From Microthyrium microscopicum (lineage: Eukaryota), in NCBI GenBank assembly GCA_010405405.1, contig MU004246.1, forward strand, positions 372,001 through 436,000: a stretch of DNA of 64,000 nucleotides. The letters run 5' to 3'. Each line of letters begins with the position of its first letter. Position 1 is the first letter of the stretch. The notes below the pieces were generated by a model that made no database searches, was not told the origin of the DNA, and saw only the letters and a program-made list of their open reading frames with translations. A program made the translations under genes and the position numbers. Shown here in pieces: positions 1 to 12,105 of the stretch.

Positions 1-413
1 CAGATGGATATCCAGCTGCAGTAGGCGACAACAGCAAGCCCAAAGGAACATGCGATGAATGTATCAGCGGAACAATTAAGATGTTCGGCAAAATGCACAC
101 CAAATGTCCTAAGGCCAATTTGATGTTCATGGGATATAGCCAAGGCGGCGCGATCATGAGCTCAGCGATTCCTCAACTCGCTCCTGATGTCAAGTCAAAG
201 GTTATTGGTGGAGTACTATTTGGATCGACTAGACAAACTATCTCTGGACTTACGAAAGACCAATTTGCTTCGTACTGCGGGAGCGAGGACAGCATTTGCA
301 ATCGTGTGGCGAAAAGTGGATCGACGGGATCACATTTGGCCTACTCTAAGAATGGGGATGTTGAAAAAGCGGTTGCGTTTCTCAGTTCGAAGATTGATGC
401 GGCTGGTAAATGA
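1..413 (+). CDS. Cutinase (CE5), 3' part; gene starts left of the window
   Basis: Frame is open from position 3 (DGYPAAVGDNSKPKGT...). It contains the nucleophile motif GYSQGG, VLFG, the C-x4-D-x2-C motif and catalytic His (GSHLAY); stop at 411-413. Confidence 0.9.
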   Translation, partial: DGYPAAVGDNSKPKGTCDECISGTIKMFGKMHTKCPKANLMFMGYSQGGAIMSSAIPQLAPDVKSKVIGGVLFGSTRQTISGLTKDQFASYCGSEDSICNRVAKSGSTGSHLAYSKNGDVEKAVAFLSSKIDAAGK

Positions 414-470
414 TCTCAGTCCGGTATAGACTTCGCCTAAAATATGAAACCCGAATGAACTTCTTAACCG

Positions 471-653
471 AATCCCACCATAAATGGCTACTGTTGCATG
501 CTTTTGTTAGATGATGCTATATTTTCCCATCCTTCCAAAGAACAACCATAATCTGATCGTCTTCAATGGCAATTTAAACCACCGATATCAGAGCATAGCA
601 GATGGGCGACATCAAAGACGCTAGGAGCACGCCATTCATCCTGCCATCCGTTG
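471..653. mobile_element. Degenerate copy of the ~210-bp MITE family, in tandem with the 659-869 copy
   Basis: 601-653 (gatgggcgacatcaaagacgctaggagcacgccattcatcctgccatccgttg) aligns by eye to the right TIR of the 659-869 element. The left end is eroded. Confidence 0.5.
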
Positions 654-658
654 AGGTC

Positions 659-869
659 CAACCGATAGACAACATAATGGCGTACGGCCATCAGCTTCAA
701 TGGCTCCCACGAACGCTACTGAACAAAAGATGCTAGTTTTCTATTGCGTTAGATAAACTGTGCCAATATCAACGCCCTTCATGGGAAATAACGTACTTGA
801 TAGCAAAGCGTGTCATATGGGAGCCATCGAACTCGATGGGAGCACGCCAGTTATTTTGTCTACCGGTTG
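659..869. mobile_element. MITE/foldback element, copy 1
   Basis: Imperfect TIRs of about 50 bp: caaccgatagacaacataatggcgtacggccatcagcttcaatggctccca versus the reverse complement of the right end, caaccggtagacaaaataactggcgtgctcccatcgagttcgatggctccca. Non-coding and homologous to 3501-3709 and 12106-12321. Confidence 0.8.
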
Positions 870-1068
870 AGGTTCCTTAGAACATGATATTCTACCAAAC
901 CGGTCTTTTGATCGTCTAATCCATATCCTGTAGCGGATATACTGTGATTAAATAATTGGCATTTATGCTGGGCAAGACCAGGCTGAACCTTTTGCTCAAA
1001 GTGTGCATTGTTAGACGACTAAAATATGTACAAATGATATGAAGGGGCTATGAAGACAATCTTGACTT

Positions 1069-2436
1069 CTAGTAAGCTACAACACTGCCAGAAATACCCA
1101 TCACCTCATCCAGCTCTCCCTTCTTATTCTTCATTCCTGGAAAGCGCTTGAAATCATAATTGGCGGCAATGTAAAGGGTATCACCCTTCTTCATGGGTCT
1201 TCCTTCCAAGAAATTGCAACCTTCTTGCTTTTTAATGTGATCGATATCGTCATTAGACTTCTCTCCGCCTTTAATTTGTCGCTTTCTCATACCACCCATT
1301 CCATGTCCGTCATGAGCATACGTTGGCGTCGAAGTGCAAATGAGTTTATCATTATGGAAGACTTGAAGATTGACGCCACCATCGTGCATATGACCTCCGG
1401 TGGCTAAAATCCAGCCATCACGAGGTGCTACCCAAGGAAGAGAGTGTTCGGAGAATACATCAAGCTTTGGTTGTTGAGCGAGAGTAAGATTGCTTGGTCC
1501 CCAGGGGCTCTTGACTGCGGCACCACCACATCGGATACCAATGGGCCCAATGGACATCCAAAGCATGCGACCATCTTTATAGTCCGGCTGGTGGCCATCC
1601 AAATACTCATATGAGATGGTGAGCCAGACCCACTGCTCCTTGTCTTGCATGTTCATAAGTTCAGTGGTCAAGACGAACGAGTCGTCTTTATGAATGCGGT
1701 ATCCGGATTTGATCTTCGCATTGGGTAGACTGTAACCGTTCATCGAGCGCTCATTACCGGACATGAACATATTGTCGATCTTGGAAGTTCCGCAGTTACC
1801 GTCCAAAACTTGCGGTCCGGTGTTCAACAAGACAGCGTGATGGAACCAAGCACCTTGTGAATTGCTGGCAGGTTTTCCGTCGGCGTATTCGATATCTCCA
1901 ACGAGTCCGAGTATAGTACACTCACCATCACAAGGTTTCTTAGCTCCGATTGCGAATGTGTCGGCCATACCCTTGATGTTCATGTATTCAGAAGCGAAGT
2001 TTTTCTCCTGAAGATTGATAATCAGCATAAAATCAAAAAGGGTAAAATTTGGCAGCACTAACTGAAGTTGGAGGAATGCGATAAGGTCCATAGCGGACTT
2101 TCCTTCTTTTAGCATCTTTCCATGCCTTTGCTGGTTCGTCTTGAACGTCTGGAACTGTTGACTTTGGTGCAACAGACTTGGTGGCGGGCGCATCTTGTCG
2201 TTTCTGTAGATCACTGCTCTTTGCTTGCAACATTCGATATGCTATGAATTTCGTTAGGGAAGCTGCTCATAGAAGACAGGAGAAGGTCTTTTCATACTAG
2301 TTGGAGGAACAAGATGTGGATTTTCTAGGATAGTAGCAATGATCTCCTCGTTGGACAAAGCGCCATCGGTATTCACTGCTGCACCAGCAGCAGTGTGGAC
2401 TGCAATAGCAGTAATGAACGCGGTGGAAAGCTTCAT
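1069..2436 (-). CDS. Secreted protein with PHM/DBH-like copper-ligand pattern (HH...GHMHDGG...EVM), paralog 1
   Basis: Signal peptide MKLSTAFITAIAVHTAAG; introns 2242-2297 and 2008-2062 restore one ORF. Kex2-like LQKR|Q site. HH at 1837-1842, HMH at 1384-1392, Met at 1099-1101. Confidence 0.8.
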
Positions 2437-3176
2437 CCTCGCTACAAGAAAAATATTTCTGCGTGCTAACAAGCCCTTTTTGAAGTAGTAAACACTGTTC
2501 TAGGTCGATACAGGTGCTTATATGTCTTTGGGAAGCGTAGAAATAGGTAGGCCAATCCATCCTGGTTAGTGATATTAGTTTCCGAACTGAATACCAGAGC
2601 TAGACAAGGCCAAATGAAATACGATTAGGCTTGTGGGGATGCTATTGTACTATAGAGTACAATATTCGATCCTTGACAGTATCTGATAGATTAATTGACA
2701 TCTTAGTGCGGCTCTTTTCACGAGTGGGACTTACAATATGAACATTGTTTACGCGCCAACTTTGATGCTTCTGACAACTCAAATTGATCAAATGGTCCAG
2801 TCGAACGTTACTTGAATATGACATGCCAGATTTGATGACCAAAGTCAGTAGAGGTTCGTTTCTATCAAAGATCACCTGGGCATACCACATCCTTGAGTGA
2901 CCATACGGCCGTTTTAGGGCCTAGTACATAGCACTCATCTTGGATTTTTCAAAGATGGAATGGAAGCTTACTTCCGAAAAAGAGCTTCGAGGTGAATGGG
3001 AATCAGCTGTCGTAATCAAATGACATGATCCTATTAACTTCTTTGACTGCCATCCACTGCATCCAATCACTGACTACTTCTCATTGCTCAGCGAGCACTA
3101 AGAAGAAGTTGTAGAGCATGTAACATGATTAGAACCATGGAGTAAGGTCTCTTCGTAAAATACTGCAACACTGTTC

Positions 3177-3234
3177 GAAGAAAGGAAAAAGATTTGGAAG
3201 ATGTGGATGGATCGAAAGCTTAAATACCCAAAAG
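3177..3234 (+). repeat. 58-bp segment A, perfect inverted copy at 4507-4564
   Basis: gaagaaaggaaaaagatttggaagatgtggatggatcgaaagcttaaatacccaaaag equals the reverse complement of 4507-4564. Confidence 0.9.
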
Positions 3235-3440
3235 AAAACACTCCCTTACCCAGTAGTAAGATGCCAGTCGTCGCATGCTCTCGGTTCTAGCCGAGAGCAT
3301 GATATGATGGGAGGCATCGTACTCGTTGGAATTCCATGGCTTTGAGTATTAGATATGGACATTGACTCAATGCTAAATCTGCGGCTACCAACGAGTTAAG
3401 CTAGCGAGCTTCTTTCGACTGCACGACATCTGCGGAACGA

Positions 3441-3478
3441 GGCCCCCGAAGGAGACTAAAAAAGCATTGACTTCGACG
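3441..3478 (+). repeat. 38-bp segment B, inverted copy at 4635-4672
   Basis: ggcccccgaaggagactaaaaaagcattgacttcgacg matches the reverse complement of 4635-4672 with 3 mismatches. Confidence 0.8.
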
Positions 3479-3500
3479 GTGAACATGTAAATACACCATC

Positions 3501-3709
3501 CAACAGCATAGCAAAATAAATGGCGTACTCCCATCAACTCTAATGGCTACCACCAGCGCTGCTAAAAAGTGCTTTGATTCCCATCGTATCTAATAAATAT
3601 TCCTAATCCAAACGCCTTCTATGGTAAATAAAGCACTTAATAGCAGAGCGTAGCGTCTGGGCGCCATCAGAGTTGATGGGAGTACGCCATTTATTTTGCC
3701 ATGTCGTTG
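3501..3709. mobile_element. MITE/foldback element, copy 2 (best-preserved TIRs)
   Basis: Left caacagcatagcaaaataaatggcgtactcccatcaactctaatggc versus reverse complement of the right end caacgacatggcaaaataaatggcgtactcccatcaactctgatggc. Flanked on both sides by ACCATC (3495-3500, 3710-3715). Confidence 0.85.
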
Positions 3710-4506
3710 ACCATCATCATCAGCTTGGAGCCTTGGACGTGCTATTCAATGCTTTAACATCGTGTAGCTCGACAAACTTGCCATCATTGGTAGGACAGAT
3801 GCTTGCTGGTTTTTGATGCGAGAAGTAGATCACCAACTACTCTTGCAGTCTCCGGATGCCGGAAATCCTGGATGCTTCATGCGCGAAATGTAAATCTGGG
3901 ATGAATTGAGGTGTCTAAAGTCTCATTTGAACAATTTAGCTGGCATGTATAATAGACGGTTTACTTGAATGAAGTACGATTTTATGGGCTGGACGAAATG
4001 GCGCTTGTGGTTTGAAAGATTAGTAGCTCATGAATTGATGTTTAATATTTTGATGCAGCTCATCGAGCGAGGTTGAGATGAGGTTGAAATGAAGTTTGGG
4101 AGCTTCAAGAATTGAGGAAGTCGCGTCGCGTGGAAAAGACGCTAAGCTCAACAGCTTGACTCTCATTGGTTGATGCTAGCTCAGCCAGTATCAAATTCGG
4201 GTTCTTACTGAATTGATTACCACGTATGCAAAGGATATTGGATTTGTATGAAAATTGAAAAGTTGTATTCTGGGGTTATGAATGTGCTTCTAATAGTTCA
4301 GTATCGGCGATAAATGGTCTGGTTTTGGAGATGGACCCGCTATCCCATCTCCCAAAGCGTCGAAGTTTCCAGATTTTCACCAGCTGAGCGCCACCAATAT
4401 AAAAGATCCAAGCTCAGTCACTGATTGCGGTTGCCTAGACGGCAATATGTTAATCCGAGCGGACCTATATTTTTCCTAGCGTCAAAGTCCGCCAAGCTTT
4501 GGAAAA

Positions 4507-4672
4507 CTTTTGGGTATTTAAGCTTTCGATCCATCCACATCTTCCAAATCTTTTTCCTTTCTTCATACTTACCTTCTTGAGTCGAACCGAGATCATAAAT
4601 TCGGACGACAGAGGTGTTTACCGACATGGCACAGCGTCGAAGTCAATGCTTCTTTAGTCTCATTCGTGGGCC
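4507..4672 (-). repeat. Inverted partners of segments A (4507-4564) and B (4635-4672)
   Basis: Direct comparison with 3177-3234 and 3441-3478. Confidence 0.8.
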
Positions 4673-5791
4673 TAATCGGGGCAATTTTTGCTGGTTTCTT
4701 ACGAGAACTTTTCAATGATATCTGGCTTTATGCTGGATCTTGTGGAAGAGATCATATGGCGATTTAGGACAACACAAAACCCATCTCAGACCAAAGAGGC
4801 ACGTTTTCGTATAGAAAATTTTGTCTGCTTTCTTTAGATATGCAAACAAGTGATTGCATCTGAAATATGAAGTGATGTTTATTGTCGCGTAAAACTGATA
4901 TTGGCAACTGGTGTTGCTACTGGAGGTTTGATGGCTTCTGAGGCTCTATCTGGACTATTTATCTACTATTATACGGACGGCGCATTATTGGACCTACAAT
5001 AATTCCTTTAAGCGACTATAATTCGCGGTTCAAATATAAATGGCACTGGAAAAGCTAAAGGCGTGAGTAGCCTTTCCTCACGATTGATGGGCTTTGGTGG
5101 TGGTGGTGGTGGTGGTGGATTTGATCGTGGTGGGCCTCACACGTCGCTCTTAACTGTTGGCATTGGTTCCATGGCATGCTCGTCGCCATATGCCACTTAC
5201 TCTAGAGTATATTTCACTGAAACCAGTGGTGTTTATATTTATAAACAGCCTACCGGTACATTGAGACGATGAAAATATGGCGCATTATCGGGTTAAATAG
5301 CTCTGGAGTTGACGGTGCTGTCGCATTGCTATACCTCACTTGCTTGCCAATACCATTTTTTCACGAGACTGACAGCACGTCACGTCCTTTTGATTCTAGA
5401 GCCTCGTGAATGAGGCGAGTTCTACTTACTACAAGAATTACCCTGCTGCTTTTTTGATAAAATATGTTCTGTACTGAGTGAAATGCGATGGCGGCCACCG
5501 CCCTTAATGGGAGCTGGTTCCTCCATCGTTCTATCGTGAAAATCGTCCTTCCCTCGCGGTTATTGCCAATTGAACAGCTTAAGCTGTATAAGAAGCAAGT
5601 ATAAAATGAAAATTATGTACTGATCTAACCTGCAAATAACAGAGTGACTCTTTCATGCAGCGCGGATTGTTGCTGATGCACCCGCGGCTCACCACCCAAA
5701 ACTCCGATATCCCTCTAATCTCTCATCAACATTATTATCTCGGTCATCGCTCTTGTCCACCTTCAGCAGGAAAGCCGCAACTCCCATCAAG

Positions 5792-7980
5792 TCATATCCG
5801 AGATTTCGAGTCCGCTGTCGCGCTTGACCGATAAACCTCAAATGGCGTCCCAACCACCTGAGATTTGATTTGCAACGCAAGAAACCGCGAAAAGAACCGC
5901 GCGATAGCAACATTCCCTCCCGTAAACCAGATACCAGGATCTATCTTACGTTAGCACTACTACATCGAGCAGAATTAAGAACTTACGGCCCATCGGCCTC
6001 CACGCGCCGCGAATCTCGCCCTCACAGTCAACTCCCCACCAATCCTCCAACTTCTCCGCAACATCCTTCTCCACCAGCTTCTCCGCCATATGCCGCATAT
6101 TCCCCTCAAAGCCCGTCGCAAACACCACAACATCCGTCTCCAGCTTCGAACCATCCTCAAACACTAAGCCGTTCTCGTAGAACCCACAAAGTCCCGCTCC
6201 AGGCGGCGCAGGCTTCATCTTAATCTCACCCGATATGATCTTCTTACTCACACCAACATCGATATAATGCCCACCAAACCGCTCATATAAACTCGAATAC
6301 ATATCCATATTCGCTTCAACCCGAAAGCCTACACGCTCCAACGCTTCATACCGCTCCGGATCCTGCGCCGCCATCTTCGATATGGCGCGCATGCTCATTA
6401 GCCGTGCTATGGAGGTTGGCGCCCACATGCTGAGTTGGTCGCTGAGTGCTATGTCGGCTTTGTCGTTGTAGATTGAATCGTATATGTTGCTATAGAATTC
6501 GACAGGCAGGACGGGTGTGCGCCCACGCTGTACCATTGTTACGGATGCTAGGCCGCTGGAGACCATGTCGTTGGCAATATCGTGGCCTGAATTTGCGGAA
6601 CCGACGACGGCGCCTTTTAGGCTTGTCCATGATCGCGCATGAGTGAAAGTGCCGGAGTGTTGGATTATACCTTTGTATTTGTCCCAGCCGGATAGATTTG
6701 ATGGGAAGCGTGGGCTGGTGCCGACTGTGCCAAGGGCGAAGACAACATGTTCGCAGCTTAGGGTGGATGATATGCCTTGATGGGTGATGTCGAGGGCCCA
6801 GGTTTGTGTTGATTTGCTGTATTGAGCGATCTTGAGCTCGGTGCTGAGTTGAAGATTGATGCCATACAAGTCCACGAATTTTTGGTAGCCAGTTCGCAGG
6901 TCCGCAGAGTCGAGATGATATGGCTTGTCAGCGCCCCAGATGCGGGTCTTGAAGGGGAATTGGCCGTGTTCTTTGCTAGTGTGCATTTTGACAGATTGAT
7001 AGCGCGAAGTCCAGATGTCGCCGACATTTTCGATCTTGTCTATCACGACATATGGCACACCTAGTGCTTGAAGTCGACCGGCGAGACAGAGTCCGCTGAA
7101 GCCAGCTCCCACGATGACACATGGGTAGTGTTTTGACCCGTCTGGACTTTCGCTAATGGTTCTTTCAGGTTTTGATGTCTCTGCGATGGGATCCAGATTG
7201 TCAACGTCGCCCCTGGAATTTGTTAGTATCAAGCTACGGTTTGGTCATTCGGATGACCAAAGCACACATCATGGAAACCATCGCATCAGGTGGGAACCAT
7301 AGCACTCGATCAGGATCGCATTTCATGGGAGCCATCGAATGCGCTAGCAGCTACCATTGATTTTGGGATCTCGAAGATTGCTAGACAACCTCGTCTGATA
7401 TGCGGGGTTCTTACCAATCTGGAACACCCTTGAGCATCGTCACAAGAGTCCATATCTTCCATTCAAAGGCATCCTTCGGTACGAGTCGCATCAAGCCTTC
7501 GCAGTTCATTTGTACACCATTATGCTCCATGGTGAACTGGAATCTTGCTTCGACCCATTGTGTCTTGGGACCAGGTCGAATCACTCTTGCGCCTGGAATG
7601 ATTCGAAAGTCGTGAGGCGAATAGAGTCGATTAAGCTTCTTCCAGGAGGCTATTATACGCTGTGCGCCAGCGAAAGTTCGAAGAGTTCCAGTGAATGCGC
7701 AAAGGTCCCGCCAGAGAGCATCATGAACAAGAAGATTCGAATCCAGATGTTGAAGATGGACCAGCGCAGTTCTTGCGACCAATGCAGCATCGACATCGTC
7801 GTCTATTGTGCATACTGGAAGAGAGCCTGGTAGTTTGTCTGCCGGGAATGCTGGTGTTCTCTGATATTCAGGGTCGGTGTCCATGACTTTTCGTCGCTGC
7901 AGTAGGCTGAAGTGGCGATAACAAAATGTGACGATCGAGACTCCAAACAGAGCGGCGACAGTGAAAGCGTTGAAAGCCAT
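5792..7980 (-). CDS. Flavin-containing monooxygenase (class B FMO-like) with N-terminal SnoaL/NTF2-like domain
   Basis: FAD motif VIVGAGFSG, IQHS, NADPH motif VVGSANSGHD, FATGF. N-terminal WRDLCAFTGTLRT...WKIWTLVT. Introns 7213-7414 and 5941-5986; last exon HPGIWFTGG...FLALQIKS. The start could also be the Met of MDTDPEY. Confidence 0.88.
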
Positions 7981-10402
7981 TTTATGTGATGTTTGCCGTG
8001 CAGATCAGATTTGAAAGCTGTAGAAGCTGCAAATCTTCGATCCCGTCTTACCGAAGCAATTGGTGATATTGAACTTTGGTTGTACGCCGATTGATACTGG
8101 CTCATCAACTAGAATGACCGGAATTGCGCTTGATAAAGAGAAGATACTTATCTTCCCACCGCAGTCGATGGTCGTTCACTCTTTTACGCACTTTATGGGA
8201 AAGACAGCACTTATACCTTTTCACAAAACTCTAAAGGCAAGTTTAAGATTCAGAAAAGTGTATTAGATGACAATAAGCGGCCAAGTAGACTGGGCCAACT
8301 TGTAGGCCAAGACGCCAGTTATCTTGCCTGGAACGTGAACAAATCTTCAGCCCAATCCGTGAGGCTGACCGAAGCCGCTTGGCCGGCTTACTGGGTGTTA
8401 CATTTATTGAAGCGGGCACAAATTTCTAAAGACAAAAAGAGCCCAGAGAAAATAATCCACGGACAAAAGAAAAAGCACCTGGCAGCTCTGATTCGCTTTG
8501 AATTGCAGATAAAAAGGGCACCATCGATCCTTCTTGCTGCACACATCCTTGAGAGTACAACTGCAGACCTCCGGTTTGAGGCGTCTGGTTCCATTGTTCC
8601 TCTTTTTGCATTCGTTGGGGCGAGGCCGCGAGATTGTCCCTTTTCATCAAGATTCGTTAACCAATCTGGCGGGTTCTTACGATGTGTGTTTTTTTTGGGG
8701 CCACACATGGCACAGTACATGTTCATCTCGTGGCCATCTACAGGTGCAGCTGGGCACCAGATGGTGGGTACAATTTAATTGCTTGGTCCAGTGCTGACTT
8801 GGTCTGACAATCCACACAGTCCATACAGAAAACAGGGTAAGCGAAGCTTGCTATGCTTGCTAAGTTGCTATGCGGCTAGTATCGAGAATTGCTCGGAATC
8901 TGACGTGATCTATCCTTGAGGGTATCCTCCTTGGTGTCTTGAGTGGGATTCATTGATCTTCAACCCCTCACCAGTTTGACGCTCAAGATTTTTCATTATC
9001 AACAACGGCGCAATGGATGGGAAGAATAAGCGGCACTTGTCCATCTACTCCGGTGGCCGCCATCGCCCCTTGTTCCAGTACCGAACTCCATAAAATGCAT
9101 GATGAAGCCACGTCTATAGAACCAGCGGCGTAGATACTATCATGTTACCAATATTTCAAGCAGTAGGTTTGGGGTCTGGGCCGCATCACAGATTCTCAAA
9201 TCTCCACCATTACAACCCTGCGTAACTTGCTTCTTTGTTCAATTTTCTTGGGTCTCAGGCTGAAGTGGGTCTTTTGGAAGAAACGAGCAGCTCGCAAGGT
9301 TTAGGTACCTCTGTAGGTATTGGTAGGTCTAGAGAGCTCTGGGTGATAGAGCGATCATTACCTCTAACGGGTTGAAGTGAAGTGTATTATGCAGCCCAAG
9401 CTATCGGGAAGGTTTAAGCTGACCCTTGTTACCTAGTGGAGGTTGGAAGCAGAAAGGGCTGAAGTCTTGTTGTTCTTCAAGCTTCAGCCCAAATTTATGG
9501 CACCTGTTTCTCACCTCCGAAAGAAATGTGGAGCCAATTATAACAATGAATACTATATACATCAATAATGTTCTCGGTCGCAGAGCCTCATGGGGGCGAG
9601 ATATTCGCCACATCATCTTTCATTTCATTCCTGATTCCGCTCTCTTATACCTGTATTGATGGCTGAATACTATACCGTAATTCACATCAAGCTTTTTGCT
9701 CGATCTGTTGTGCAACAGAAATTGTTTAGGAATCGATCTAGCTACCCCATTGAAGCTTCACAGAGACAATCTACAGGATCTATTTTTGTTCAACAGTTTA
9801 GCCTGGTGTCAGATCTTACCAACTTTGACCATTCTTGGTCAGAAATCGAGCGCGCACGGCACAGAATACATCAATAGTAGCCAGAAGCGTCTTGGACACC
9901 AGAATCATCTTCCAGCCAATGTACGAAAAGTTTTGCCGCCTTGTGAACCAGAAGCCAGCTGGAACAGTTTTGTTTGGAAACGCTGGCCGATTCTATAACC
10001 ACCTGCAGATTAGCCAACATCGGGTGTCGTCTTATTGTTACATCACGAACACTACCATGCCGCTTTCAATGTTATTTATATAGCCGACGGAATGATCTCA
10101 AATCTTGGCCTATCAGTTCAACCCTGAAGACTCTGAAGTATTGATTGTTGGGCCTGCGCCGTAAGTCTTTGAATTTTGATCAATCCTGTTAGTTGCTGGA
10201 TCATTGATGAGCCAAGATCATGTAGTCATCAATAAGTTGTAATTCACAATTCACAATCGGCGCGGCTACCCACTTCAAAGCAGTCTAAGGAGTGACGGAA
10301 ACGGCGCCTCGTTCCCATCGAATGCGCTGTCAGACATCGCCGTTGATAAGTAAAATGTACTAAACTTGCCATAGCACTCGATAATACTAAGTTATGTAGA
10401 CT

Positions 10403-11923
10403 CTATGGCTCAAACTCCGAACTTGCCTCGACCGCAAATGCCTTCTCATCATAACCTGGGATAGCTGGACAGTATTCATTGTGCGACGGGTCAAAATACA
10501 ACCAGAAGCAGTGGTCTAAATACTGTGATAGTGCTATATCACGATTCTCAACGTTGCTGTAGTGGTTCACTGGGTATAATTCGTCTTTGGCCTGCTCGTA
10601 AAATGATTTGCGAAACTTTTCCCACTGCTCTGAATTCGGCTCTCCCATTTGAAGTCTCACCTTAAATTTGTTAGTTTAATGTTATCATAGGATAGTAACG
10701 GCGTTCACTTGGGAGCCATCGAGTATTTTGGGGCTCTATGAAAGGGATCTTACCTTTAGCCAGAGTTGCTCATATCTCGCATTTAGTTCAAAGATACGTC
10801 GTTCCCTTGCTTTGAGCACATCGATAATATGATGTGGAGTATCTTTTGCATAAGTCTCTTCTGCAACTTGTCGACATGATTTGTCCGGGTATCTGGGGTG
10901 CAACTGGATGTGCTCTATCCAGCCAGTTCTGTCGTGAAGGACTTTCCCGCACTGCTCCTTTGGACATTTGATACCTCTTTCTAGACATACACGACTCGTG
11001 CAGCAAGCTTTGGAGTCCTTGTTGCCGAATACCAACAATCGCCGAGTGGCATATCGGACATGCGTCTCTTCCGTCAACATTTCTAGGCCACGTCGTTCCA
11101 GATTGCACATGTTTTCGGCACGGCACATCTTCTGGTAGTCCCCTAGTGCCCCTTTACGTCCCGGACACAGTTTCGGCAGTTCTACACGTCTCGGCATCCA
11201 CAGTTCGGCACGTTGCAATTGAACAGTGGCCTGCGATGTGTCCAGTTTCCAAGTGTTACTCCTTTGATAGAACCGGCCTCGATTGAAAGAAAGAATGGCT
11301 TCAATTCCAGGCGGTGTATTCTTCAAGAGACGAAGAACGTTTCTCTTAGATATGCCCTCCAATGTCACTCTCGTCATTCGCCAAGGAAAAGCACCGAGAA
11401 CCACTTTTTGTATCGACGGAAACAATAACCGCACATCCTGCCAAAACTCTTCAGCTTCTTTTTTCGCGAGTCTTGTTCCTTCAATCGGACCATAACGTCT
11501 AAAAACAGTGTCTGCGCTTCCGATGTCGATTTCAATCTGTACCAGATGCTGTAAGAATGGCGCGTAGAGTACACCAAAACTGGTCGGATCATCTTTTTCT
11601 GCGCCTCGCCAGCCTAAGGGTACTTGATACCATATGCTCGGATGTGTCCAGAAGAGGTTGGAAGTCAGGGATCGAAGCAGTCTGCTGGTTCGCATGAATT
11701 GAAAGAGCGTTCCAGGATCACAAAATTGGAAAACAGTTCCCAGGACTTCCAGTGGCAATTCAAGCAGCCTTGAAAAAGATTTGACCTCCGAACGGGTTTC
11801 CCGCTGTCTCTTTCTGGGGGCGACGAGCGAGGGAAAAGGCGAAGGGGGAATTGTGAAGCGGCAAGTACTCCATAGTTCATCTTCACCTTCAGTTGTCAAA
11901 AAAGCGGTGGCTCCGGACACCAT
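10403..11923 (-). CDS. F-box-like protein with a C2H2-like motif
   Basis: LLELPLEVLGTVFQFCD...LFQFMRTSRLLR (F-box-like) and CPKEQC...WIEHIQLH. Intron 10661-10753 joins the 395-aa and 85-aa ORFs in frame. Confidence 0.7.
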
Positions 11924-12105
11924 CTGATCGAAATTCGAAAGGGTTGATGATATGGAGATAATAACTAAGTGCCTAGGTAGGTAGTTGACATATTTATCAA
12001 ATCAAGTCGTTACATTGGTGTCTCGTTTAGGCAGCGGTTGACTGCGCCGCAATGCGTGACATGGCGTCTCCGCAACTTCATCTCATGTATGCATAATGCA
12101 GCTGC

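Noticed and set aside
3274..3301. Helitron 3' hairpin
   Set aside because: No properly spaced CTRR followed by T, and no identifiable 5' TC end.
5095..5118. (GGT)n tract within a 69-aa ORF
   Set aside because: Simple microsatellite with no evidence of coding.
8279..8805. Possible old inverted-repeat element (ccaagtagactgggccaa ... ttggtccagtgctgacttgg) and the ORFs inside it
   Set aside because: Matches are short and gapped, there is no second copy in the window, and the ORFs have no recognisable motifs.
8900..9616. Possible small spliced membrane-protein gene on the minus strand
   Set aside because: One hydrophobic stretch is present but I could not build a consistent multi-exon model.
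9656..10165. Possible decayed GT34-like pseudogene (YNHLQISQHRVSSYCYITNTT resembles FQYLDVPYEWLMNRWNIT)
   Set aside because: Similarity is too weak to support by eye and the key motifs are absent.
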